A stretch of DNA of 64,000 nt from an uncultured delta proteobacterium (GTDB lineage Bacteria > Myxococcota_A > Polyangia > Palsa-1104), in the NCBI GenBank assembly GCA_963785725.1, contig CAWAWS010000019.1, forward strand, positions 132,323 through 196,322, given 5' to 3'. Below are positions 9,572 through 19,078 of this stretch, in pieces. Each line of letters starts with the position of its first letter. Within the stretch, counting starts at the first letter, position 1. The notes below the pieces were generated by a model that was given only the letters and a program-made list of their open reading frames with translations, was not told the origin of the DNA and did no database searches. A program made the translations under genes and the position numbers.

Positions 9572-10078
9572 CTACGCGTTCGGTGACTTCTGCTTCTCGA
9601 TCCAGCGACGGGTGACGCGCGCCGCGATGTCGTAGGAATCGCGCAGCTGCTCCATCATGAACTTCTCGATGCGCCCGCCGATGAGCGGCATCGACACCTT
9701 GACCTCGCCCTTGAACTCGCGCCGGCAGCGCTTGCCACCGTCGAGCGGCGTGACGATGTAATCGCCGTGCATGTTGAAGCGATCTTTGAACATGCCGGTC
9801 TCGATCTTGATCGTCATCTTGTTGGTGCCCCAGTCCATGTCGTCGATCTCGGTGTAGCCGGCCGACTTCACGACCGACTGCAGGAACGACGGGATGGGCG
9901 TCGACGGCTCACACTGCTGCTCGCGATGAAAGTGCTTCCCGTCGTCCTCTTGCTTGAGGACTTTGTACTCTTTCATCTTCAGCTCGCCGAACAGATCCTT
10001 GTTGAAATCGGGCGCCAGGAACAGCTTCCAGTAGCTCTCGGAATCGATGTCGAACTCGTGTACGAAGCTGAAGTTCAT
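9572..10078 (-). CDS. DUF2505 / SRPBCC (START-like) protein
   Basis: C-terminal GEVKVSMPLIGGRIEKFM motif; GGAGG RBS before ATG 10078. Confidence 0.75.
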   Translation of the reverse strand: MNFSFVHEFDIDSESYWKLFLAPDFNKDLFGELKMKEYKVLKQEDDGKHFHREQQCEPSTPIPSFLQSVVKSAGYTEIDDMDWGTNKMTIKIETGMFKDRFNMHGDYIVTPLDGGKRCRREFKGEVKVSMPLIGGRIEKFMMEQLRDSYDIAARVTRRWIEKQKSPNA

Positions 10079-10142
10079 GTCGTCCTCCGCCGCGGACGGT
10101 AGCAAACTCCGCGTCCGTCGCAAACTCGCGTACGCAGCGACG

Positions 10143-10784
10143 CTAAACCGGCGGCCAGATGCCCATGGCGCGAAACCAGCGCGGCACGAGATACAGGCCG
10201 CGCGCCGGCTGCTTCGTCGTGCCGGCGGCGGTCTCGACGATCCAGCCGTCGCGCCACATGGCCGCCCACGTGTCGTAGTCGAAGGCGTGCGCGTGATGGC
10301 CGGCGACGAAGAAGTCGGCGCCGCGCGCCTCGACGAACATGAACAAGATGCGATCGCACTTGTCGAGCGGGTTCGAGCGCGGCGACAGCACGCCCAGCTT
10401 CACGCGCTCGACGACGCCGTCGCCGGCGACGGGCACGCTCTTGATCTCGGCCGCCGGATGGTCGGCCGTCATGCCCGGCACTTTGTTGCCGACGAGCAGC
10501 CGCTCGATGCCGTCGCCGACGCGCCCTTTGTGGCCGGCGGCGCCGCGCAACGGCACCTTCCTGCCGCGCAATTTGCCGGCGCGTTCGAGCAGCCACGCGA
10601 GCGTGTGCTCGGGCAGCACGTACTCCGACGGCGGCACGCGCCGGCCGAGCGAACGGGCGACGGCGCGTAAGGCCTCGGCGCGACCGGGCCACGGCTGCGT
10701 CCAGCGTTCGCGCCAAGCCAGCGTCAGCGCGGTGGCGTCATGTTGTAGTCGAGCGATGAAGGCGTCGGCTTCGTCGTCCGTCAT
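10143..10784 (-). CDS. MutH/Sau3AI-like PD-(D/E)xK endonuclease domain protein
   Basis: LLERAGKLRG...HKGRVGDGIERLL...ADHP.AEIKSVPV resembles MutH KGWIG.LLE...DF...VELKTIPV. Confidence 0.6.
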   Translation of the reverse strand: MTDDEADAFIARLQHDATALTLAWRERWTQPWPGRAEALRAVARSLGRRVPPSEYVLPEHTLAWLLERAGKLRGRKVPLRGAAGHKGRVGDGIERLLVGNKVPGMTADHPAAEIKSVPVAGDGVVERVKLGVLSPRSNPLDKCDRILFMFVEARGADFFVAGHHAHAFDYDTWAAMWRDGWIVETAAGTTKQPARGLYLVPRWFRAMGIWPPV

Positions 10785-11758
10785 TCGCCGGCGGCGCGGT
10801 TTTGCTGCAGCGCCGACAGGTCGACGTGCGCCCGTCGCTGCACGTACAGGAGCGCGAGCGCGCCGATGATCACGGCGAACCACAGCGTGCACATGCGCGT
10901 AATGAACGTCGCCGCCGCCGCCGTCGCTTTCGTCAGCCCACTCGCCTGCGCCATCAGCAGCTTGACCATGCCGATCTCTTGAACGCCTAGCCCGCCAGGC
11001 AAGAACGAGAGCGCGCCGGCGATCGTCATCGTCGCGTAGATGAACGTGCACAGTTTGATCGACGCGATGACGCCGGGAAAGCCGCGCAGCACGATCCAGA
11101 ACGACAGGCACTCCGACATCCAGGCCACGAGCGACAACAGCGTCGCCAGCACCAGCGGCACCGGCGCCACCAGCGTGCGCGTCGCGGCGTAGAACTCGCG
11201 CAGCTTGGGCGCCAGCTTGCCGACCACCGGCACGGCGCCGACGAGCGTAATCACCGCCAGCGCCAGCTTCTCCGACGCGACGACCGCCACCGCGACGCCG
11301 ACGAGCGCGAGCGCCACCCACGCCAGCCGTTCGCCGCCGGCCAGCGCGCCGACGCCGACGAGCGCGAGCAGCGCCAGCGCGACCAGATCGGTCAGCCGCT
11401 CGGCGACGACAATCGGCGCCGTGCGCGCCATCGGCACGCCGTGCGCCTCGCGCAGCAGATACGACTTCAGCACTTCGCCGACTTTGCCCGGCGTCACCGT
11501 GAGCGAGAAGCCGGAGAGGAAGATCGTCAGGCTATCGACGAAGGGAATGCGCACGCCGAGGCGCCGCAAATACAGCTCCCACTTGAGGTAGCGCAGGAAA
11601 TAGTTGAACGCGGCCAGGCCGAGCGCGCACGCCGCCGTCGACCAGGCGTACGTGCGCAACGACTGCACGACGTCGGGAAGGCCGCTGTAACAGGCGAACG
11701 CGACGTAAAACAGCGCGCCGGCGACGATCGCCAGCGCCAGCGCGCGACTGAGCTTCAC
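10781..11758 (-). CDS. Lysylphosphatidylglycerol synthase TM-domain (UPF0104, flippase-like) membrane protein
   Basis: Multiple TM helices; TPGKVGE, AERLTD and LPGGLGV.E motifs. Confidence 0.85.
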   Translation of the reverse strand: MKLSRALALAIVAGALFYVAFACYSGLPDVVQSLRTYAWSTAACALGLAAFNYFLRYLKWELYLRRLGVRIPFVDSLTIFLSGFSLTVTPGKVGEVLKSYLLREAHGVPMARTAPIVVAERLTDLVALALLALVGVGALAGGERLAWVALALVGVAVAVVASEKLALAVITLVGAVPVVGKLAPKLREFYAATRTLVAPVPLVLATLLSLVAWMSECLSFWIVLRGFPGVIASIKLCTFIYATMTIAGALSFLPGGLGVQEIGMVKLLMAQASGLTKATAAAATFITRMCTLWFAVIIGALALLYVQRRAHVDLSALQQNRAAGE

Positions 11759-11852
11759 GCGTGAATTCGTGCCGGAAGTGCGCGGCGCGCGTCGGTCGAG
11801 CGAGTCATGGCGCGCAATCTACCGCGATCGCGAGAGCGGCGCCAAGCGTCGG

Positions 11853-12038
11853 TTAGTCGTGATCGGCGAGATCGTGCGACGCCATGTCGGTCGACTTCGC
11901 CAGGCTCAAATCACCGGTGGTGCTGGCCGTCATGTCGTTGGCGTTCGTGTTGGTCGTATCATCGCTGCAGCCGACGATGGTGGCGCCGGCGACGAACGAA
12001 ACCGAAACCAGAAGAGCAATCCGCACAAATCGAAGCAC
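11853..12038 (-). CDS. Small secreted lipoprotein
   Basis: Signal peptide ending IVG-C, GGAGG RBS, upstream sigma54-like site. Confidence 0.65.
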   Translation of the reverse strand: MLRFVRIALLVSVSFVAGATIVGCSDDTTNTNANDMTASTTGDLSLAKSTDMASHDLADHD

Positions 12039-12068
12039 GAGGAACCTCCAAGTTATCCTCGATTACTA

Positions 12069-12084
12069 AGCAAGGCTGATGCCG
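12069..12084 (-). promoter_or_regulatory. Putative sigma54 promoter
   Basis: Minus strand reads CGGCAT-CAGCC-TTGCT. Confidence 0.6.
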
Positions 12085-12140
12085 AGCGGATCTACGCGGA
12101 AGTCCGCAGGCGCACATCGGTGCAGTCTGACATCTGTGTC

Positions 12141-12169
12141 TTGACGGGCCTCAGTCAGCCGGCTAGCGT
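12141..12169 (+). promoter_or_regulatory. Putative sigma70-type promoter, probably giving a leaderless mRNA
   Basis: TTGACG-17 nt-TAGCGT, 7 nt before ATG 12177; no SD sequence. Confidence 0.55.
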
Positions 12170-12176
12170 CGTTGCA

Positions 12177-12569
12177 ATGTCCAGCAAGAAGGCTGTGATC
12201 CTCATCGCCGACGACGATCCCGAGATCTTGACCATGCTCGGGATTCGCTTGTCGAAAAAAGGCTATGAGGTGCTCGAGGCGGTCGATGGCAACCAAACGC
12301 TCAATCTAGCCCGCAAACATCATCCCGACCTGGTGCTGCTCGACGTCATGATGCCCGGCCGCAACGGCTGGGAAGTGGCGAAAGAGCTGCGTTCCGACGA
12401 CGAGTTCGCCAACCTCGGCATCGTCATGCTGACAGCGATCGGCGAGAAAGTGAACGAGATGACGTCGCCGCTGTACGGCGCCGATGCCTATGTCGACAAG
12501 CCGTTCGACTTCTCGGAGCTGGAAACGAAGATCAAAGAAGTGCTCGCCGCGCGCGCGAAGCTCTCGTAA
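12177..12569 (+). CDS. Single-domain response regulator (receiver)
   Basis: ILIADDD, LLDVMMP (phospho-Asp), MLTA and KPF motifs. Confidence 0.92.
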   Translation: MSSKKAVILIADDDPEILTMLGIRLSKKGYEVLEAVDGNQTLNLARKHHPDLVLLDVMMPGRNGWEVAKELRSDDEFANLGIVMLTAIGEKVNEMTSPLYGADAYVDKPFDFSELETKIKEVLAARAKLS

Positions 12570-12641
12570 TCCCGCCTCGCTCCGCCCTTTCGTTCGACCG
12601 ATTCCCGACCACGTTCGCGACGAAGGCGTCGCCGGCCGTCG

Positions 12642-13301
12642 CTATTTCTCGCGATAGGTCGTGCCGAAGAGCGCGTCGCAGATCGGGAACGTGATGTTGA
12701 AGTTGTGCTTTTGCATGTGCGCGTGATCGTGATGGGTCCGGTGATGACCGCGCAACGTCCGCACCAACCACAAGCGGCCGATGAAGCTGTCGGGCGGCTG
12801 GTGATAGGCGAAATGCAGCCATTCGTAGGTCAAGAAGTAGCCAATCGCGGTCGCCACGAACAAGCGCGCGATATTCGCCGTCGTCAGCCACGCCAATAAC
12901 GCGCCCACCGGCAGCGCGAACAGGCCGAAGAAGAAGACGATCAAGACCGGCGGAAACAGCACCATGTAATAGTCGCGCGGCGATTCGGCGGCCATCGCGT
13001 CGTGGCGATAGTAGTTGTGATGCGACGGCGTGTGGCGCTCGAAGACCATGGAAAAGCCGCGAATTCGATGGTGCATGACGCCTTTGTGCCCGCGATATTC
13101 GACGTAATTCGCGAACAGAAACGTCAGCGGAATGGTCAGCAATTCGAGCGCGTGAAGATCGCGAATGCGCGTGATCGAATAGGCGATGACCGATAGCGAA
13201 ACGATCGACGTGAACGCGAAATGGGCGCGTCCCGAGTAGCGCGGCGAGATGTACTTCGCGGCGAATCGCGCGCGAAATTCGGCGACGTCAGGCGGCAGCA
13301 T
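12642..13301 (-). CDS. Fatty acid hydroxylase/sterol desaturase family protein
   Basis: His boxes HKGVMH, HTPSHH, HFAYH and HHRTHH; TM helices. Confidence 0.85.
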   Translation of the reverse strand: MLPPDVAEFRARFAAKYISPRYSGRAHFAFTSIVSLSVIAYSITRIRDLHALELLTIPLTFLFANYVEYRGHKGVMHHRIRGFSMVFERHTPSHHNYYRHDAMAAESPRDYYMVLFPPVLIVFFFGLFALPVGALLAWLTTANIARLFVATAIGYFLTYEWLHFAYHQPPDSFIGRLWLVRTLRGHHRTHHDHAHMQKHNFNITFPICDALFGTTYREK

Positions 13302-14523
13302 TCGCCGGCGCCTTCGGCAATAAGCGGAAGAGCATGGCCAAGGCGGCGATGCCGATGATGTTGAGCGCGGCGTCGACGCCGAGCAGGCCGCGCGCGCCGC
13401 GCCAGTGGTGGAAGCGCGTGTCGACGAGGCCGACGTAGGCGATGGCGGTGTTGCCGGCGGAGACGAAGAGCTGATACTGCGTCGACGCGGCGGCGCCGCC
13501 GGTGCCGATGGACTCGAGCACGACCGACGAGAACGACGCGTAGCAGAAGCCGGCGACGAACAAGTAGGCGCTGACACCGATGCCGTAGGTCGGCGGCGTC
13601 AGTGGCGCGAGCATCATGGCGACGCCGCAGACCGCGGTCAAAAAGCCGGACAAGAGGTACATGGCGCGGCGGTTGACGCGATCGCAGACGTAGCCGCCGA
13701 TGAGCGAGCCGGCGCCGGTGACGAGGCCGTTGACGGGGCCGTTGATGAAGCCGGCCATCGCGTCCGACGCGTGATAGTCGACGGCCAGCGCCGAGAAATA
13801 ATTGAGCAGCGCCGCGGTGCCGACGGGCGAGATGCAGAACAGCATGCCCGACCAGCCCGGCCGCGAACGGGCGACGCGCGCCACGTCGCGCCACAGCGAC
13901 AAGAACACCGCGGCGACGCGGCGCCGTGGATGCGCCGGCTCGACGATCGTCAGCACCGCCAGCGACGGCAAGATCATCATCGCCGCCAGCGCCAGACCGA
14001 CGGTGAGCGGCTGACAGCGCTCGGCCAACGACAGCGTCAGCCAGGCGCCGAGCGCGCCGCCGGTCAAGTTGCCGAGGTTGAGCCAGCCCGCCGTGGCGCC
14101 GCGTTTTTCGTCGGGAATCGAGGTGGCGATGAGACCGCCGTTACAGCTGGAGATGAGGCCGGACATGACGCTGGCGGCGAAGATGAGGCCGACATAGCTG
14201 TTGATGCGCGACGGCAGCGGCATCGTCAGCGCCAGGCACAAGCAGATCGCGCTCAGCGTCGCGAAGAGCACGAGCCAATGTTTGCGCTTCGGTCCGATGT
14301 CGACGAGCGGCGTGTACAAGAACGCCAGCGCCGACGGAATGTAGAGCGCGGCGCCGTACCAGCCGATGTTCTCGACGGAGATGCCCGCTTTGCGCGTGAA
14401 AAACGGCATCGTCGAGGCCACGAAGCCGGCGGAGATTCCGTAGGGCATGGCGGTGATGCCGAAGATCCACGATGGCGGCACGGCTGCATCCGCGCTGGGC
14501 AAGCGTAGGTTGTCGTCGCGCAT
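13288..14523 (-). CDS. MFS transporter (AmpG-like); start uncertain
   Basis: About 12 TM helices; FLYTPLVD...RKHW motif. Confidence 0.8.
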   Translation of the reverse strand: MRDDNLRLPSADAAVPPSWIFGITAMPYGISAGFVASTMPFFTRKAGISVENIGWYGAALYIPSALAFLYTPLVDIGPKRKHWLVLFATLSAICLCLALTMPLPSRINSYVGLIFAASVMSGLISSCNGGLIATSIPDEKRGATAGWLNLGNLTGGALGAWLTLSLAERCQPLTVGLALAAMMILPSLAVLTIVEPAHPRRRVAAVFLSLWRDVARVARSRPGWSGMLFCISPVGTAALLNYFSALAVDYHASDAMAGFINGPVNGLVTGAGSLIGGYVCDRVNRRAMYLLSGFLTAVCGVAMMLAPLTPPTYGIGVSAYLFVAGFCYASFSSVVLESIGTGGAAASTQYQLFVSAGNTAIAYVGLVDTRFHHWRGARGLLGVDAALNIIGIAALAMLFRLLPKAPANAAA

Positions 14524-14555
14524 CGTCGGTGTCATCATGAAGGCCCACGGCCGCA

Positions 14556-15143
14556 ATGAGCAACGACGAAAAGAAGGGCGTATCCCGGCGAGATCTGTTG
14601 ACGTTCTGGCGTAAACCGCTGGAAACGGTGGCCAAGACGGTGCGTCCGCCGGAGCCGCTGCCGGTGCCGATTCGCCGGCCGCCGCCGCTGCGCCCGCCGG
14701 GAATGCTGCAGGAGCTGCTGCTGGTCAAGCACTGCGCGCACTGCAACTTGTGCGTCCAAGCCTGCCCTGCCGACGCCATCTTTTCGCTCGGCGCCGATTG
14801 GGGCGCGGCCGCGGGCACGCCGGCGATCGACGCGCGCAAGCAGCCGTGCGTGCTCTGCGACGGCTTGAAGTGCACGCACGTCTGTCCGTCGAGCGCGCTG
14901 TTGCCGACCTACGTCAACCACGACGTTACGATGGGCACCGCGCGCGTCGATACGAAGACGTGCCTGACGTACCAAGGCCAGCCGTGCACGGCCTGCAAAG
15001 ACCACTGTCCGCAAGTGGGCGCACTGACGTTCGACGAGGTCGGTCACTTGCAAGTCGACCCGCTCAAGTGCGTCGGCTGCGGCTTGTGCGAGCACTACTG
15101 CCCCACCGAGCCGCAATCGATCCGCGCCATTCCGCGAGATTGA
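14556..15143 (+). CDS. NapF/NapG/MauM-like multi-[4Fe-4S] ferredoxin
   Basis: LRPPG, four Cys clusters (CAHCNLCVQAC...CVGCGLCEHYC), N-terminal SRRDLL. Confidence 0.85.
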   Translation: MSNDEKKGVSRRDLLTFWRKPLETVAKTVRPPEPLPVPIRRPPPLRPPGMLQELLLVKHCAHCNLCVQACPADAIFSLGADWGAAAGTPAIDARKQPCVLCDGLKCTHVCPSSALLPTYVNHDVTMGTARVDTKTCLTYQGQPCTACKDHCPQVGALTFDEVGHLQVDPLKCVGCGLCEHYCPTEPQSIRAIPRD

Positions 15144-15145
15144 AC

Positions 15146-15967
15146 GTGCAGACGGTCGTCGACGCGCTCACGCATCCGCATCCGTGTCGCTGCGATTGCT
15201 TCGCGACGTTGACGCTCGAGGAGCGCGTGCGCGGCATCGAGGCGCTCTATCGCATCGACGACATCCTGCGCGGCTGGAATTACCAGCCGATCTACGATCT
15301 CGCCGCCGACGGGCTCTATCGCCGCGCGCAGCGCGAGAACGATCCCAAGTATCGCGGCATCCCCATGCGCGACGACGCCTGCGTCTACCGTCGCCTCGTC
15401 GGTTTCGCCGTGCACGAGCTCATCCACGCGCTCGAAGGCGATCCGACGCAAGCCAACTACGGCATCGCGTGGGGCGCGCCCTATTGCGTGCCGGTCGAGT
15501 TACCCGAAGGCCAAGAAGCCGAGTTCTTGCACCGCTTCAACGTCGGCGAGGCGCGCGCCTTCACCGGCCTCGCTCCCGTCGCCAAGGCGCTCTTCGGCAT
15601 CGACTACGCCGTCTACAGCGCGCGCGACGTCGGCACCTACGGCTTCGTCGGCGGCAACGCCATCGTCGAGCCGCCGCGCGGCTGCCGTCCGGTGCCGCAT
15701 TGGGACTCGAATCATCATCCGCGCGAATATCGCCAGCTGGCGCGCGCGCTCGAAGCCGCCGAACGCGACGTGTTCGACGACGCGCGGCTCGCCGACTACG
15801 CCGCGCGCATCGCGCCCGCCGAGGCCCGCGGCCGCGCCGCCCGCAAGACGAAGTACCCGCCCGCGACCGATCTCGCGCGGATCACGCCCAAATTACCCGG
15901 CCGCAACGATCCCTGCTTGTGCGGCTCCGGCGCCAAATTCAAGAAGTGCCACGGCGCGAACGCCTGA
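15146..15967 (+). CDS. Hypothetical HExxH protein with a C-terminal SEC-C metal-binding motif
   Basis: VHELIHA; C-terminal GRNDPCLCGSGAKFKKCH. Confidence 0.75.
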   Translation: MQTVVDALTHPHPCRCDCFATLTLEERVRGIEALYRIDDILRGWNYQPIYDLAADGLYRRAQRENDPKYRGIPMRDDACVYRRLVGFAVHELIHALEGDPTQANYGIAWGAPYCVPVELPEGQEAEFLHRFNVGEARAFTGLAPVAKALFGIDYAVYSARDVGTYGFVGGNAIVEPPRGCRPVPHWDSNHHPREYRQLARALEAAERDVFDDARLADYAARIAPAEARGRAARKTKYPPATDLARITPKLPGRNDPCLCGSGAKFKKCHGANA

Positions 15968-16008
15968 CGCCGGCAGCGACAACGCGGCGATTGGGCCGCT
16001 CGCGAAGC

Positions 16009-16722
16009 TCAGGCGCTGGGACGAACGGTCTGCAGGAACGTCTCGGTTCCCTTGCGCAGATAGGCGTCGGCGATTTTGGAGGCCGCTTCGCCCTCTTTGC
16101 TGCTGATCGCCTTCAGCAGATCCTTGTGATGCTTGCGCACGGCCTGGCCCGGCGGATTGAACTGCGCGAAAAACGGCGCGTACGACAACACCGCCGACCG
16201 AATCGTGTTGATGAGCAGCTGCATGACGCGATTTCGCCCCGCGTGCGCCATCGCCACGTAAAACTCGAAGTCGACCTTGAGCAGCTCGTTCAAGTCGAGC
16301 TGCGGATCGGTCGCCTGCTCCGCGATCGACTCCAGCTTCTTCAGATCGTCGGCATCGGCGCGCTCCGCCGCTTGCCGCGCCACTTCGCGACCGAACCAGC
16401 GGCGAAAGTCGAGCATGTCGGTCAAGACGTCGAGGTTGGGCAGCCCATCGCCCGAGATCAGGTGCGACACTAGCTCGACGCCCGCCGTCTGCATGAAGTC
16501 GAGCACGCGCGTGCCGTCGCCTTGGCGGGTCTTCACCAAACCCATGTGCTCCAAGGACTTGATGGCCTCGCGCAGCGACGCGCGATTGACGCCGAGCTCT
16601 TCGGCGAGCTTGCGCTCGGGCGGCAGCTTGTCGCCGACCTTGTACTCGCCGCGTAGGATGAGTCCGCGCAGCTGCTGGACAATTTCCTCAGCAACCCTCG
16701 GTTTTCCCACCGGTCTGAACAT
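16009..16722 (-). CDS. FadR/GntR-family transcriptional regulator
   Basis: GDKLPPERKLAEELGVNRASLREAIKSL wHTH followed by an FCD domain. Confidence 0.92.
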   Translation of the reverse strand: MFRPVGKPRVAEEIVQQLRGLILRGEYKVGDKLPPERKLAEELGVNRASLREAIKSLEHMGLVKTRQGDGTRVLDFMQTAGVELVSHLISGDGLPNLDVLTDMLDFRRWFGREVARQAAERADADDLKKLESIAEQATDPQLDLNELLKVDFEFYVAMAHAGRNRVMQLLINTIRSAVLSYAPFFAQFNPPGQAVRKHHKDLLKAISSKEGEAASKIADAYLRKGTETFLQTVRPSA

Positions 16723-16761
16723 CGGACCGAGATGCTAGCCGAAGTCCCTACCCTTGGGAAC

Positions 16762-16791
16762 TTGAAACCAGCGACGCGCGACCATTATAAT
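16762..16791 (+). promoter_or_regulatory. Putative sigma70 promoter
   Basis: TTGAAA-18 nt-TATAAT in the divergent intergenic region. Confidence 0.55.
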
Positions 16792-16801
16792 GGGTGCTTC
16801 G

Positions 16802-17701
16802 ATGTGGCGTTTGGCCTTCATTGCCTTCGCATTTCTGTCGTTCAGCGCTGTCGGCTGCACCGGCCGCGACGGCGTGCATGACGCCGGCGACAGCGCGCGC
16901 GGCATGGTCAAGGTCGGCCTCTCGTACACGCACACGGTCGGCACGCCCGCGTCCGACGTGCAGTTCGACGCGCAGGCGCGCTTCGTCCGTTATCGCGCGT
17001 TCGATCCGGCGAGCGTCCCGACCATCCTCGGTTTCGCCGACTTCGACGCGGTTCCGCTCGATAGTTGCAAGGTTTCCGACGGCACCGCCGAGCTCGACGA
17101 TGCGCTCGCCGCCGACGGCGTCGGCCCGGCCGCCGAAGTCGCGCTGCTCGACGCCGGTCGCCTCGACGTGCGCGGCCCGGTCAATCGCGGCACGCTGAGC
17201 CAGAGTCATTATCCCGAGCTCGTCCCGTTCGTCTCCGGCGTCGTCTACGGCGTCGAATCGGCGACGCCGGTGTCGCTCGGCCTCGGTCAGCCGTATCAAG
17301 TCAGCGGCGAAGGCGGCGCCGAAGTGGGCGCGTTCGCCGCGCAAGTGACCGCGCCGCGTGCGTTTCCGTCGCTGGTCGAGCGCACGCTGATCTTGCGTCA
17401 TGGCGACGATCTCGATCTACGCTGGGCCACCGAAGCGCAACCGTCGACGGAGCCGCTGCTCATCGAGGTCAAGTGGACGTCGCGCACGAGCACGCGCGCC
17501 ATTCGCTGCCGCGCCCGCGACGACGGCTTCTTCAGCGTTCCGCACGACGACTTCGACGGGCTGCCGCCGGCGAGCGCGCTGTCGAGCTTCACGGTCACCG
17601 CGTCGCGCCTGGCGCGCGGGCCGTTGGCGGCGCCCGGCGCCGGTCGCGGCGAGCTCACCGTCGCGCTCAAAGACACGGCCGCGCTTCAGGTCTCGCCGTG
17701 A
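16802..17701 (+). CDS. Hypothetical lipoprotein
   Basis: Signal peptide ending AVG-C; coding-like GC3 bias. Confidence 0.75.
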   Translation: MWRLAFIAFAFLSFSAVGCTGRDGVHDAGDSARGMVKVGLSYTHTVGTPASDVQFDAQARFVRYRAFDPASVPTILGFADFDAVPLDSCKVSDGTAELDDALAADGVGPAAEVALLDAGRLDVRGPVNRGTLSQSHYPELVPFVSGVVYGVESATPVSLGLGQPYQVSGEGGAEVGAFAAQVTAPRAFPSLVERTLILRHGDDLDLRWATEAQPSTEPLLIEVKWTSRTSTRAIRCRARDDGFFSVPHDDFDGLPPASALSSFTVTASRLARGPLAAPGAGRGELTVALKDTAALQVSP

Positions 17702-17723
17702 GTCGCGGCCTGAGCGATCGTCG

Positions 17724-18083
17724 ATGAGCCCGGGCGCGAGCCGCAGCAACCTTCGCCAGCACAAGCGCTCTCCGCTCGAGCTCCCCATCATCGTCAGCGA
17801 CGCGGCCAACAAGGTCGAGGCGCACATCGAGTTCAACACCCAAGATTTGTCGGTCGGCGGCGCCTTCATTCGCTCCGATCTCCTGTTCGAAGTCGGCGAA
17901 GAGCTGCAGCTCGACTTCGCGCTTCCCGACGGTCGGACCGTGCAGGCGCGCGGCAAAGTGGTGCGCGTGGCCCGCGACTCCGGCGACGACGTGATTCCCG
18001 GCATGGGTATCCAGTTCGTCGCGCTCTCCGACGCCGATCGCGAGTCGATCCGCGCCCTCTGCACGCGAGGCTCAAATGGCTGA
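17724..18083 (+). CDS. PilZ-domain (c-di-GMP-binding) protein
   Basis: RQHKR (RxxxR) and DLSVGG (DxSxxG) motifs. Confidence 0.88.
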   Translation: MSPGASRSNLRQHKRSPLELPIIVSDAANKVEAHIEFNTQDLSVGGAFIRSDLLFEVGEELQLDFALPDGRTVQARGKVVRVARDSGDDVIPGMGIQFVALSDADRESIRALCTRGSNG

Positions 18084-18417
18084 GACGATTGAGGAAGTCA
18101 GCTACAACTACGAGGACGAAGGCAAGCTCGTCCGCAAGGAAATGAAGAAGGAAATCCTGACCAAGGGCGCCTGGGCCACGGTCATGTTCTTGTACCAGGA
18201 GCTCGATCGCAAGAGCGAGAAGTGGGGTCAGCCCAAGGTCTCGATCGTGCGCTTCAAGAAGTCGGGCGGCGTCTATCGCAAGCAGTCCAGCTTCAACATC
18301 TCGTCGGAGAAGCAGGCGCGCCAGATCGTCGGCGTCATCGAGAAGTGGTACACCGAGGTCGGCCCCGACACCGAAGGCGCCGACGCCGACGCGCCGGAGT
18401 CCGGCGAAGAAGGCTGA
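18076..18417 (+). CDS. Hypothetical protein with an acidic tail
   Basis: Strong codon bias; overlaps the PilZ gene stop region. Confidence 0.75.
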   Translation: MAETIEEVSYNYEDEGKLVRKEMKKEILTKGAWATVMFLYQELDRKSEKWGQPKVSIVRFKKSGGVYRKQSSFNISSEKQARQIVGVIEKWYTEVGPDTEGADADAPESGEEG

Positions 18418-18542
18418 GCCTTCCCGGCGCTCGCCCGGCGGCGCAACGAAGGGCGATCCGTCACCGTCCAGATTTTGGACAGATCGATCTGACTAGTTCT
18501 CGATAGTTACGCTGCGCATGGGATTTGCTGAGCCCGGCGCCC

Positions 18543-19078
18543 ATGCGAACCTACAACGTCACCATTCTCCTGCTCGCGGCCGTCGCCGGCGGCTAAAGCG
18601 TCGCGTCCGCCAACAGCGCACAAGACGAGTCGGCGCAGCTCTCCGCCGATGCGACGAAGCCGGCGCCGGTTTACGGCGACGTCGAAGACGCGCTCGCCAA
18701 CGGCGACGAGTCGCAGCCTGGCGCAGCATCTACACGACGCTGCAGAGCAACTTCGACGACATCTGCGGCGACACTTACTGCGGCAGCGACTACTCGAACT
18801 TGGAGCCGATTCGCTTGCGCTGCAGCTTCGATGCGGCCAGCGGGCTCATGAAGAATTGCGCCTACGTCTTCGCCGGCAGCTACGAAGTCATCACGCCCGC
18901 GACGGGCACGATCAAGGTGACGGCCAAGACGTTCTCCTGCCATTTGCCCGTCTCCGGCATTCCGCTCGCGACGTTCATGTCGACGCTGACCGCCGCCGGC
19001 ACCACTCCCCCGCTGCGCCGTCCGCTGCCCGGCACGTCGACCTCGATCTACGACGCGCTTGGCGGCTGCCTGCCGTAA
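18543..19078 (+). CDS. Secreted Cys-containing hypothetical protein, 5' part frameshifted
   Basis: Signal-like MRTYNVTILLLAAVAGG is broken near 18594; intact 3' frame FDDICGDTYCGSDYSNL...GGCLP. Confidence 0.6.
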
